From Candidatus Nanoarchaeia archaeon (GTDB lineage Archaea > Nanobdellota > Nanobdellia > SCGC-AAA011-G17 > JACPNG01), in the NCBI GenBank assembly GCA_028714095.1, contig JAQTMY010000001.1, positions 2,147 through 66,146 on the forward strand: a DNA stretch of 64,000 nt. Direction: 5' to 3'. Position 1 is the first letter of the stretch; each line of letters opens with the position of its first letter. The notes beneath the pieces were generated by a model that worked only from the letters and a program-made list of their open reading frames with translations, did no database searches and was not told the DNA's origin. Positions 30,796-39,761 of the stretch are shown one piece after another. A program made the position numbers and the translations under genes.

Positions 30796-31236
30796 ATGGA
30801 AGAGCTAGAACTATTAAAAAAAATTTTGGACCAGGAATTGGGAGCAGAAAACAGGTATGTAGAACATATAAATAAAATAAAAACCCCCATAATCAGAAAA
30901 CTTTTGAAAGATTTAAAGGCAGAAGAATCAAAACACAAAAGACAAATTCTGAAAATAATAAAAAATTTAGACAGGAAATTTGATGATAAAAAATATGCTG
31001 AAAGTGATAAGATAGAAGAAGAGCGACCCGGTACAGAAGATTTTATACTTGTTCAGGCTCTATTGGAAACCGATAAGGAAGCAGAGGAAGAAGCGATGAA
31101 TTCTTATAAAGAAGCAGCAGAACTAACAAATTATTCAGAGCTGAAAACACTTTTTATAGAATTCAAAAACGATGAGGAAATTCACTTAAAGAAAATAAAA
31201 AATCTAATTGATCAGTTAAGCTTGTTTAACAGATAA
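30796..31236 (+). CDS. ferritin-like / rubrerythrin-like four-helix protein
   Basis: Two E...ExxH pairs (AEESKHK and NDEEIHLKK) in a 146-aa helical protein. Confidence 0.45.
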   Translation: MEELELLKKILDQELGAENRYVEHINKIKTPIIRKLLKDLKAEESKHKRQILKIIKNLDRKFDDKKYAESDKIEEERPGTEDFILVQALLETDKEAEEEAMNSYKEAAELTNYSELKTLFIEFKNDEEIHLKKIKNLIDQLSLFNR

Positions 31237-31782
31237 TTATTTATTAAAACATCCATAAAATCCTCTTGTGTAATCTCCAAACTCAACCCCATAAGCTCTT
31301 GCCCAAGCATCAATATAAACATTACCTCCATTCTTTAGGTTTACACTTAAATACTGGTGAGGGGAAATGATACAAACCATACTTATTCTTTGTTCAATAT
31401 CTTTATCATCAAAGCAGCCAGATTTAACCAATAAAGTTCTTAAGATATAATTAAAGGTCATACAATACATATACTTGCTTTTCTGGTGCCATATCTTATC
31501 CAAGTTAGAAACAAAAAGCCAGTTAAATCTTGAATAAGTTTTATATTTTCCTCCAGTCCATTTGGTTGTTACTAAATCATATGCCTTGTACAAACATTCT
31601 TCCTGGTCCTTGGTTTTACTTAGTTCTTCAATCCATACATTCATTCCAGCAGGAACCTTGTCTGGAATTGGTTTTTTCCATAAAAGATTAGGGATACTTA
31701 ACAAAATAAGTCCTACTAACAGGATTACTACTAAAATTTTTATTTTATTTTTTTTAACTCTTAAGATTATTCTCCTCATCAT
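31237..31782 (-). CDS. transglutaminase-like cysteine protease-fold protein, membrane-anchored
   Basis: N-terminal TM, then a Cys (YCMTFNYIL) ... His (ISPHQYL) ... Asp (YIDAW) arrangement. Confidence 0.45.
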   Translation of the reverse strand: MMRRIILRVKKNKIKILVVILLVGLILLSIPNLLWKKPIPDKVPAGMNVWIEELSKTKDQEECLYKAYDLVTTKWTGGKYKTYSRFNWLFVSNLDKIWHQKSKYMYCMTFNYILRTLLVKSGCFDDKDIEQRISMVCIISPHQYLSVNLKNGGNVYIDAWARAYGVEFGDYTRGFYGCFNK

Positions 31783-31810
31783 TCAAAAAACAATAAAAAT
31801 ATATAAAAAA

Positions 31811-32386
31811 TTAACGTTTTTTATTAATTATATACAAACCGGCAGTCATCGCTCCCAATAGACCAAACACTAAGTCTAGGGCATTATTTAGATAATCTCC
31901 AACCTGATTTTTAGCCCCAAGCCATATCGAAGGAACTAATTCTAGAATTTCATAAAATCCAGCAACGCCCAAAGACATTAAAATAATGTAAAAAAACCAG
32001 GTAGATTTCTTCAGGTTGTTCTTTAGGTGTGGCTTTATTATATGATTAATCATAAAAGCAACAGTAAAAATCCCAAAGAAATGAACTGGATTGTCATATT
32101 TCAGAACTCCAGGGATAATCCAGAAATCATAAAGTCTAGTATTTCCTATATTTATATGCCCCCCTAGAATATGCAGAGTTAATAAGATTGTTAAACCCAA
32201 CATTGATAAAACAGGAAAATTGAATTTTTTATAGAAAATAACAAAGAATAATATAACAAAAGACATCAGGGCAGTATAATAAAGAAATTCATAATTGCCT
32301 TTCAATACAAAAAAAATCGTAAAAATTAACATGAATAATATTGAGTAAATCAACATTAAGTTTAACGCAGTCTTTTTCTCCATCAA
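31811..32386 (-). CDS. polytopic membrane protein
   Basis: 191 aa with 5-6 TM helices. Confidence 0.4.
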   Translation of the reverse strand: MMEKKTALNLMLIYSILFMLIFTIFFVLKGNYEFLYYTALMSFVILFFVIFYKKFNFPVLSMLGLTILLTLHILGGHINIGNTRLYDFWIIPGVLKYDNPVHFFGIFTVAFMINHIIKPHLKNNLKKSTWFFYIILMSLGVAGFYEILELVPSIWLGAKNQVGDYLNNALDLVFGLLGAMTAGLYIINKKR

Positions 32387-32424
32387 TACTTAACTATAAA
32401 ATTAAAATATAAATCTTTCTAAGC

Positions 32425-33573
32425 TTAAGAAATAAAATCTATCTCAACTTCCAGACAGTCCTGAGTAGGATATTCCTCAACAACCGCAGCCATGAACTCT
32501 TCTCTCTTAAGCTTGCCTCTTAAAGACAAGATAATATTTTTCGACGTCAAAAGTCTAAGATTTAGCTCATCAATATCAATAAAATCTTCTTTGATACCAT
32601 ATTTATTAATTAAATAATCACGTAGTTTTAATAATTTTTTCAGATAATCTTTTTTATTTTTAAGGCCGTCAAGTTTTTTTCTGTAATCAAAACCGGGACT
32701 TAGTTCTTTAAGGTAAAAAACTCCTCTTATCAAGGTGCCTTCATCAGTAATTATGTCAAAGTTATTGGCAACATTTTTTGCTCTTCTCTTTATTCTATTG
32801 GTTAATTGCACTCTGTCTTTAAGTTTAGAGGTGCAATAATGAATATTAAATTTAATTTTTTCCTTGGCAGCAAATCTTAACAGTTCTAGAGCATATTCCT
32901 CAGAGCTTTTTACAGCATAGGAAATATCATCCTTAGTTGTAAATCCTTTTTCCAACAATTTATTTTGTTTATTATCAGAAACTTCCAGTTCATTTAGGTT
33001 GAGAAATTTAATCTTATCATTTTCCTTAATAAAAAGTATTATATCTTTAAGAAATTTCTCTTCTGGGATGACAGGTAATTCAACCCCAACATCCCATTCA
33101 AAATCAAAAGCCAGTTTAATCCTGCCCCAGTATTTTTTATCATTTAAATCCAAATGGAATCTTATTTCATCTAATCCAGCCTCATATAGTCTAGCTAAAT
33201 TTTCCTTATTTACTAAATCCAAAGAAGTATATAGATGAATATGAAAAGATTTTCCAAATTCTTTTTTTAATAATTTTATGTATTTAATAGTTCTGTCCAA
33301 TTTGCATAAAGGATCTCCTCCAGTAATCCCTGCACCTTCTGCATTAATCAGTTTAGCTTCAGCAATTAAATCTTTAACATCCTCAATTTTCCACTCGTCA
33401 GCATAGATAATATCTTTATTGTATTTCTCATCAGAGATTGGGCAGAAATAACAATTTCTAGGACATAATCCAGTTATAAAAACAACTAATTTAGACCCCT
33501 TTACACACAACTTGCATCCTTTAGGTAATTCTCCTAATTTATAAGAATAATATCTTGTTTTTTCTACTCTCAT
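32425..33573 (-). CDS. radical SAM protein (PflA/activase-related archaeal family)
   Basis: GLCPRNCYFCP CxxxCxxC cluster near the N-terminus, with GAGITGGDP downstream. Confidence 0.7.
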   Translation of the reverse strand: MRVEKTRYYSYKLGELPKGCKLCVKGSKLVVFITGLCPRNCYFCPISDEKYNKDIIYADEWKIEDVKDLIAEAKLINAEGAGITGGDPLCKLDRTIKYIKLLKKEFGKSFHIHLYTSLDLVNKENLARLYEAGLDEIRFHLDLNDKKYWGRIKLAFDFEWDVGVELPVIPEEKFLKDIILFIKENDKIKFLNLNELEVSDNKQNKLLEKGFTTKDDISYAVKSSEEYALELLRFAAKEKIKFNIHYCTSKLKDRVQLTNRIKRRAKNVANNFDIITDEGTLIRGVFYLKELSPGFDYRKKLDGLKNKKDYLKKLLKLRDYLINKYGIKEDFIDIDELNLRLLTSKNIILSLRGKLKREEFMAAVVEEYPTQDCLEVEIDFIS

Positions 33574-33603
33574 AGATTTAACAAAAAAAGCTGATTTAAA
33601 AAC

Positions 33604-34350
33604 TTAATCACTGCTTACCCTAGGGGCTAAGATAAAAGACAAGTCCATCTTGTCCAGAACTCTAAACTCTGCCTTTAATGGGTATTCATTATCAAAATTC
33701 AAAATAACCTTGTCAGCTAATCTACTGGCCTTAGATATTTTCTTTAGATATTCAATAGAATATCTTGCATTAACTTCTTCATCAGGGCAGTGTATTGTTG
33801 TATCATCATCTTTTGATATTTCAACCTTGGCAGCATGCAACTTACTTTCTGATCTAATAGTAAAGTTTCCTTTGCTGGTCATCAAGGCAACAGATTCGGA
33901 AATAACACTCATGTCCTCTATTGCTTCATCAAATATGATGGTTGGCATCTCAATCTTAACTCCAAAGTTTAAATCCGGAATTTTCTGTTCCATCTCTTCG
34001 TTATCAATCAAGCTTAGATGGAAAGTTCTTGTGGATTCTCCTTTTAATTGAATTTTTAGTCTGTTCTTGCTCTCATCTAATTCTAATTTTAAAGTATCAC
34101 TGGGTTTTGCTCTCCTTAATACCTGTTTTAAATTATCTAAGCTCAAAGATAAACGAACTGGCTTCTTGACTTCGTATTCAACAAAAGCGCTACTCAACAA
34201 CTTAAAGATGACCATTGCAACATTGGCTGGATCCATAGCAATAATTTCTATCTTTGTTTCATCAACTTTAAATGTAACTTCATTAACCAATTCAGAAATA
34301 ATAGATATGCTTTCTCTTAGGTATTTTGGTTCAGCTAAAACTAATTTCAT
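33604..34350 (-). CDS. pcnA: DNA polymerase sliding clamp PCNA
   Basis: 248 aa. Full-length similarity to archaeal PCNA (…IIAMDPANVAMV…, …LAPRV C-terminus). Confidence 0.9.
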   Translation of the reverse strand: MKLVLAEPKYLRESISIISELVNEVTFKVDETKIEIIAMDPANVAMVIFKLLSSAFVEYEVKKPVRLSLSLDNLKQVLRRAKPSDTLKLELDESKNRLKIQLKGESTRTFHLSLIDNEEMEQKIPDLNFGVKIEMPTIIFDEAIEDMSVISESVALMTSKGNFTIRSESKLHAAKVEISKDDDTTIHCPDEEVNARYSIEYLKKISKASRLADKVILNFDNEYPLKAEFRVLDKMDLSFILAPRVSSD

Positions 34351-34391
34351 ACTACAAAAATCTGGATTCTAATTTATATTGTTTTTGGTGA

Positions 34392-34811
34392 TTAAATATA
34401 TTGTTTTCTAAGGAAATCTGCAATGCAATACCCGGCATATAACAAGCCTATCAAAGCCAATACCCATATCTGAATGTCAAGGACTAAAGTAACGTTCAAG
34501 AACTTAAGTAAATCATATTTTATAAGCGTAGGCAATAAAGCCAGGATTATTACTAATAAATCAAGTAATAATTTCTTGAAGAAAACAAAAAATTTGAATC
34601 TCTTGAAAGAAAAGAATATATGATACAAAGCAGTCAAAGTAATAATTATCCCAAGTATTAAATTAGTAAAAAGAAAACCAAAATCCTGTAATTTGCCAAA
34701 ATAAAAAAACAAAGCTCCAATAGAAATAATTCCTAAAATAATTGAAAAAATAATAAGCCCTGTTCTCCTTTTCACTAGAAAATTATTTAACGGTTTTGTT
34801 TTATCAAACAT
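34392..34811 (-). CDS. small membrane protein
   Basis: 139 aa with 4 TM helices. Confidence 0.35.
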   Translation of the reverse strand: MFDKTKPLNNFLVKRRTGLIIFSIILGIISIGALFFYFGKLQDFGFLFTNLILGIIITLTALYHIFFSFKRFKFFVFFKKLLLDLLVIILALLPTLIKYDLLKFLNVTLVLDIQIWVLALIGLLYAGYCIADFLRKQYI

Positions 34812-34812
34812 T

Positions 34813-35124
34813 TTATCTTACTAACTCTTTGATTTTTGAGTATAAAACCTTATCGATTTTACTGAATTCCTGGACAACAATAGCATTTATTTGTAATTCT
34901 TCTTCATAAGGAATAACTCTCCCAAAAACCCTTACATATTCATGATTATTCTCTTCAGGACTATTAACTTGTATCTGCCCTGTCCCATCATCAACAATAA
35001 AAGTTCCGGAATTTCTAAGGATGACTAAACCAGAAATACATACATTGCTATCATTCTTTGTCAAATCCCTTATGAATTTTTCCTTATGATATTCCATCAA
35101 TATGCCCTCCACCTGTGTTTGCAT
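34813..35124 (-). CDS. OB-fold nucleic-acid-binding protein (RPA-like, small)
   Basis: CISGLVILRNSGTFIVDDGTGQIQV, an OB-fold-like anticodon/ssDNA-binding pattern. Confidence 0.4.
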   Translation of the reverse strand: MQTQVEGILMEYHKEKFIRDLTKNDSNVCISGLVILRNSGTFIVDDGTGQIQVNSPEENNHEYVRVFGRVIPYEEELQINAIVVQEFSKIDKVLYSKIKELVR

Positions 35125-35414
35125 TTAACACACTCAAAAAACCTTGTTTCTGCTTCATCAGAAGCTCTGGTCTGCAAAGTCCAGAAATAAGCTGTGTTAT
35201 GCCCGCATTTAGGACATTCCTCTTTTGTTTTTGGTAGGGTTTCAATCTTTTTATCAACAACCTCGATAATGTCCTCTCTTTTTAATTTTACTTCTTCTTT
35301 TATCATAACATTTTTTCTCGCTCTTGAATTATATCCGCAGTTGCATTTTAATACAACTCCTTTTTTGTCCCTTGTCGGAATTAGTACAGACCCGCATTTT
35401 GCACAAAACATCAT
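35097..35414 (-). CDS. tfs: transcription factor S / RNAP subunit M (TFIIS-type zinc ribbon)
   Basis: CAKCG...CNCG N-terminal ribbon and a C-terminal CPKCGH...TRASDEAETRFFECVKCKHRW with the acidic RSADE-like loop. Confidence 0.85.
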   Translation of the reverse strand: MMFCAKCGSVLIPTRDKKGVVLKCNCGYNSRARKNVMIKEEVKLKREDIIEVVDKKIETLPKTKEECPKCGHNTAYFWTLQTRASDEAETRFFECVKCKHRWRAY

Positions 35415-35415
35415 T

Positions 35416-36006
35416 TTAAAATAACCCCCCTATAAACTGAATTATATTTACAAACCATATCTTTATCCATCCAAGCAATGGAATCTTAAACACTGCTTTT
35501 CCTATAATCTGACTCTCACTAACCTCTTTAGGATCATTAACCTGATTATTATCTCCTTTTGTAATATAAGGATCTACATGAACAACTCTATGTATTATTG
35601 GATAATAAACCATCGATGTTTGATAAACGATTACATCTCCCACTTTTAAGTTTTTAGCTCTAAATATAAAAATTATATCTCCCTTATTAAATCCATTTTT
35701 GAATATAAAATCTGAAAATTGTTCTTTGGTTATTCCTTTATCTAAATACCATTCCTTATTTTTATCCCACCAGACATCAAATCCTTGATGAGTTAATGCA
35801 CAGTCTCCCTTAATTTCAGAATGTTCCATACTGCATGAAACAACAGCAACAATTGGGAGTCCAGTTCCAAAAATTAAACCCAGAACAGGATAAATAACAA
35901 ACTTAACAATAATAAAAGCAATAATCAGATTAACCAACCATGACCATATGGAATTATCCTTCCACAGAAAATACCAAACCTTCCTAAGAGTCTGTTTTAA
36001 CTCCAT
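35416..36006 (-). CDS. archaeal-type signal peptidase I (S26B)
   Basis: N-terminal TM, then VVSCSMEHS (SGSMEP-like Ser box) and ...HRVVHV (His box). Confidence 0.55.
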   Translation of the reverse strand: MELKQTLRKVWYFLWKDNSIWSWLVNLIIAFIIVKFVIYPVLGLIFGTGLPIVAVVSCSMEHSEIKGDCALTHQGFDVWWDKNKEWYLDKGITKEQFSDFIFKNGFNKGDIIFIFRAKNLKVGDVIVYQTSMVYYPIIHRVVHVDPYITKGDNNQVNDPKEVSESQIIGKAVFKIPLLGWIKIWFVNIIQFIGGLF

Positions 36007-36110
36007 TTGAACTTTCCTGTTGTATCTAAAACCTTAAAAAGGTTTCTATAGATACAAATATATACTAAGACCGAGCTAAAAATAAAAATTTAATCCTATA
36101 ATTGATGAAA

Positions 36111-36253
36111 CGCCCCCGTACTTAGGAAAAAGGGATAATCCACGGAAAAATCCACTTTTATTTGGCCGCCACAAGGAGCTCCACAAGGAAGATTTTCTCC
36201 ATAAGTAATCTAAACCAATAATAAAATTTATCCATCCTTAGTTGACGGGGGCG
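36111..36253. ncRNA. structured element closed by a 16-18 bp long-range stem, with internal direct repeats
   Basis: CGCCCCCGTACTTAGG (36111-36126) pairs with CCTTAGTTGACGGGGGCG (36235-36252). Inside it are 2x AATCCAC and 2x CCACAAGGA direct repeats. Confidence 0.3.
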
Positions 36254-36302
36254 CGAATATAATTAAATAATTTCATTATAAATCATAAATAATAATTGGG
36301 GG

Positions 36303-36348
36303 GGGGTTGTCCATGATGAAAATATTATCTGAAATTCTGGACAACCCC
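36303..36348. ncRNA. perfect 11-bp hairpin with C-box/D-box-like (K-turn-like) loop
   Basis: GGGGTTGTCCA-TGATGAaaatattatCTGAaattc-TGGACAACCCC, preceded by a G9 run. Confidence 0.3.
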
Positions 36349-36419
36349 AACCTTCTCCGCGCCTGTTCAATAAGTTCTCAAGTAAATTCGATTTACCTTG
36401 AGATTAGATTGAACAAAGA

Positions 36420-37150
36420 GAACTGTTATTTATCTCATGCGCGGGACGGAACTGAAGTCTAAAGAGGAACCATTTTTCCGCGACAGCGGAATTTTTCGCC
36501 ACCCAACGATAAAACTCCGTCTGGCTTCCTGGTTTATGTAGTTATTGTTAAACATCGGGGATCGTTCGTCGAACGGGTGAGATCCTAACACAGAGGAAAA
36601 TACTGCATTCATATATGGGTTCCCTTCCATTGTGTTGTTAAAACTCCTGCAAAAAAACATCCCAGGATTTTAACATTTGTTGTTAATATGGACCTTGGAT
36701 GCGAAGGTCGGGTTCCGAATCAAAGTAATGGAAAAAAATTTAAAAATCCTTGCAGGTCAGGTCAGATTTTTTCCTACTGACATTCCTCTCCAGTTACCTG
36801 GGGCAAGGCCTGTCTCCTTAACCCTCTGAGTACAGGACAGGGTTTTAATAAGGCCCAGAGAGAGTCTTAAGTTGCAACACATCAGGGTCTTATAACGAAC
36901 TCAGCTTTTTGAGTTCAATCAAGATAGCAAGAACTAAAGAAACCTCTTAGTTGAAAAATACTTGCTACTGCTACTTTTTTAGACGACTGCAACCTGCAAG
37001 GATTAATGGACTGTGGCCAACTATATTTTAATAGTCGAGAATCCAATGGAGCTCCGAGTTCCGCTTTGCTCAATAAGGCACTAAGAGCTCTGTCATTCTT
37101 TCCAATTACTATACTAATCATTACAGATTGGATCCATATAGCCTAACAGT
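36420..37150. ncRNA. GC-rich structured non-coding region, unassigned RNA gene candidate(s) (RNase P RNA / SRP RNA / other)
   Basis: GC content is far above the flanking DNA. Multiple GC-rich hairpins (TTCCGC-GACA-GCGGAA, GACCTT-GGATGCG-AAGGTC, CCTGTC...GACAGG, CCTTGC...GCAAGG). Includes GAAGGTCGGGTTCC, which loosely resembles the RNase P P4 strand. Only short, probably spurious ORFs. Confidence 0.3.
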
Positions 37151-37311
37151 CCAATTTTATTCTAAATAGGTTTTCCATCTTTTTCCACATAACGTAGAAA
37201 GAGAATAATAGAAAAAACTAATATAGATTCTTAATCCAAAGACACTTAAGCCAAAAAAGGCTTATAATTTTTAATAATTAATAAATTCTAAAAAATCCTA
37301 GTTTATAAATT

Positions 37312-37881
37312 TTATTCTTCAATAACAGTTCTATCAGGCCTTTCTTTAAAAACCTGTGCCTGAAAAGTATAAACCTCACATTTTTTTTCTTTCCAGGTAT
37401 TTTCCAATAATCCAGCTTTTATGCAAGTTTGTTTTAAAAATTCTTCACTATCCCAATTATGTTCTTTAGCCACTTGCGGCAATAATAATCCAGAAAATCC
37501 CTGACATCCAACAATTAAACCATCTTTTCCTATTTTTATTTTTTCTTTATATCTTTCAGGTCTTACTTCTAATAAATCAGGAACAGTCAAAACAGAAATC
37601 TCAATTGTCAAATCTTTTAATTCTTTTTCTGTTATTTTTTTAAATCTGGAGTCATGAAATGCGGCTTGTCTTGCCATATCAATTATTACTTTCCCTAAGT
37701 TCTCATAAGGTAAAACCAATCCGATGCATCCTCTTAACTCTTCCTTAACATAAACCGTAACAAAAGAACCTTTTTTTTCCTTAAACAAATTAGTATCTAG
37801 TTCTTTGCCTTTAAAATAAAACTCAATGGACTTTCTTGCAATATCAATTAATTGTTTTCCTTGATCTAAGGTATATTTCAT
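37312..37881 (-). CDS. AMMECR1-domain protein
   Basis: …KGSFVTVYVKEELRGCIGLVLPYE…, the AMMECR1 signature. Confidence 0.8.
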   Translation of the reverse strand: MKYTLDQGKQLIDIARKSIEFYFKGKELDTNLFKEKKGSFVTVYVKEELRGCIGLVLPYENLGKVIIDMARQAAFHDSRFKKITEKELKDLTIEISVLTVPDLLEVRPERYKEKIKIGKDGLIVGCQGFSGLLLPQVAKEHNWDSEEFLKQTCIKAGLLENTWKEKKCEVYTFQAQVFKERPDRTVIEE

Positions 37882-38150
37882 TTCATTATAGCATCGAACT
37901 TACTATTAAATTCTTTGATTCTATCTTTCAATCTAGAAACAGCATCTTTAAGTGCCTTTTCAGGCCCTTTTGAATCAACAATAAAAATAACCTCATCTTT
38001 AAGTGTATGTGGAACATTATAACCAGCTAATTCTACATTCTTATCCATCCATAATTCCTTTCTTAATAAATTGCAGAACGTATGGGTTTCTCCCTTAATC
38101 TGAAACCTCATCCTGTCATCCTTTTTGTCTAATAGTTTAAGTTCCATCAT
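37878..38150 (-). CDS. rpoL: DNA-directed RNA polymerase subunit L (Rpo11/Rpb11 homolog)
   Basis: MELKLLDKKDDRMRFQIKGETHTFCNLLRKEL..VELAGYNVPHTL. Confidence 0.8.
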   Translation of the reverse strand: MMELKLLDKKDDRMRFQIKGETHTFCNLLRKELWMDKNVELAGYNVPHTLKDEVIFIVDSKGPEKALKDAVSRLKDRIKEFNSKFDAIMK

Positions 38151-38277
38151 CCATTTTCATAAACAACTATTTTTAAATGTTTCTATAAATACATATAGAT
38201 ACTTTATCAGGAAAAAAGAGCTAGAAGTCTAGCTCTCCAAAATTATTAAAAACAAGAAGTTTTGGTGGAACAAAATC

Positions 38278-38511
38278 TTATTTTTTTAAATTCCGGCCAG
38301 TTAGTTTGTTCAAATCTCTTTTTGCTCTAACCATAATGGGGATTAGCCCAAAGAGAATAAGGACTAACCCAAAAACAAAAGGAATAGAGAAAGGAAGTTT
38401 ATCATAAGGATGGGGTTCAGCTATAAAACAGACTATCCCTCCAATCACAAACATTAGGAAATAGATCCAATCCCTATAAGCCCTCCATAGAACCTTGAAT
38501 ATTTTAAACAA
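38278..38511 (-). CDS. small membrane protein
   Basis: 77 aa with 2 TM helices. Followed by the AGAGCTAGA-AG-TCTAGCTCT hairpin at 38219-38238. Confidence 0.3.
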   Translation of the reverse strand: MFKIFKVLWRAYRDWIYFLMFVIGGIVCFIAEPHPYDKLPFSIPFVFGLVLILFGLIPIMVRAKRDLNKLTGRNLKK

Positions 38512-38624
38512 AATTCACCTCCTCTGAGGTTTTCCTTTATCAAAAGAAAAAGTTGCATATATGTAGCTAAAGGATCACCCCATTAAATTTAAGATTTAAA
38601 ACAAAAAAACAATCAATTAGGAAT

Positions 38625-39251
38625 TTATAAGGTTTCCTTAACTAGTTTCCAGACACAAACGTCAACAAAATAGCTGTTTTTTCTGTGAAATCCAAACATC
38701 TTCTTTAAGGGAAATTTGACACAATAAACAGAACTAATCCTAAACTTATTATCTCTTGAAAAAGCATCCACAAACGTTCCAGAAGTAGACTTATGAAAGC
38801 TGTAAATAATCTTGCTTAGCTTCATTGCTCTACTTAAAAATTCCTTGTCAATATGTTTAGTCTTAGTCCCAAAAGGAGGATTCTCAATAACAACATCAAC
38901 CCTTTCATTAAAATCATTAATATCCTTATTGACAAAAACACAGTTCAACTTAAAATCCTTTAACCGTTTTTTATTTTCCTTTGCAGTCTTTATTGCTTCT
39001 TTGTCTTTGTCAACTAAGTAAACTTTCTTTGCTTCTAATAATAAACAGCCAAAACCCAAGATTCCATTTCCGCATCCAAAATCCCCAATGACTTTATTTT
39101 TAATGTCCCCATTCATATAAGCTTCCCATAAAATTCTAGCCGCAATCTCAGAATTAGTTTGGTATTGTTCTAAAGAAATATCAGGATTTTCAAAAGTTTT
39201 TAGTTTAGAGAGAATGATTTCAAGGTCCTTCTTGTTTTTTATTTTTTGCAT
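38625..39251 (-). CDS. SAM-dependent methyltransferase (small N6-adenine/RNA methylase-like, NPPF motif)
   Basis: VIGDFGCGNGILG (motif I) ... VVIENPPFG. Confidence 0.7.
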   Translation of the reverse strand: MQKIKNKKDLEIILSKLKTFENPDISLEQYQTNSEIAARILWEAYMNGDIKNKVIGDFGCGNGILGFGCLLLEAKKVYLVDKDKEAIKTAKENKKRLKDFKLNCVFVNKDINDFNERVDVVIENPPFGTKTKHIDKEFLSRAMKLSKIIYSFHKSTSGTFVDAFSRDNKFRISSVYCVKFPLKKMFGFHRKNSYFVDVCVWKLVKETL

Positions 39252-39708
39252 CTAAGATATCACCAATAGTCAGCCCCTTATCCCTGAAATTAATATCTTC
39301 TTTTGTTTTATTAATCTTTTTCTTATCCTTATTTTCCTCTTTAAGATTAATCTGCAAAAATTGTTCGAGTTTCCTTAGTAAAACATCAGAAGGCTTTAAC
39401 TGCCCGCTTTCTAATCTATGAATTGTTCCCTCCTTTTCAGCCAAGGCCAAAGCAAGTCTCTCCTGTGTTAATCCTTTTTTCTCCCTTGCTTTCTTTATCC
39501 TAAAACTAAAATCCTCAGCCAGGGTTTCTCCCTTATTATCTTCTTCATCAATGTAAAGAGAATCAATCTTCCTAATGACCTCTTTCTTCTTTGGAGCCTC
39601 TATAACAGTTCCATATTTGCTGCAGGATTCACAAACTTCTATAACAGAACCCTCAACAATAACCTTGTATAATTCTGAATCCCTGCCACACATATCACAG
39701 ATTCCCAT
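39220..39708 (-). CDS. mbf1: archaeal multiprotein-bridging factor 1 (Zn-ribbon + XRE HTH)
   Basis: MGICDMCGR...CESCSKYG ribbon, then a C-terminal LTQERLALALAEKEGTIHRLESGQ HTH. Confidence 0.8.
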   Translation of the reverse strand: MGICDMCGRDSELYKVIVEGSVIEVCESCSKYGTVIEAPKKKEVIRKIDSLYIDEEDNKGETLAEDFSFRIKKAREKKGLTQERLALALAEKEGTIHRLESGQLKPSDVLLRKLEQFLQINLKEENKDKKKINKTKEDINFRDKGLTIGDILDAKNKKQEGP

Positions 39709-39761
39709 ATTTCATTGTTATTAATCAAATTTTAAATAATTTACTATGCTGTTTAATATAT

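Noticed and set aside
36303-36348. Canonical box C/D guide sRNA.
   Set aside because: Only 9 nt lie between the C- and D-like boxes. There are no C'/D' boxes and no room for a 10-12-nt guide. It is better described as a K-turn-like hairpin.
36430-37121. Track ORFs 36430..36660(-) and 36915..37121(-) inside the GC-rich island.
   Set aside because: They are short, have odd composition (Arg/Ser/Pro/Cys-rich from GC-rich DNA) and no start context, and they overlap strong hairpins. They are more likely translation artefacts of an RNA gene region.
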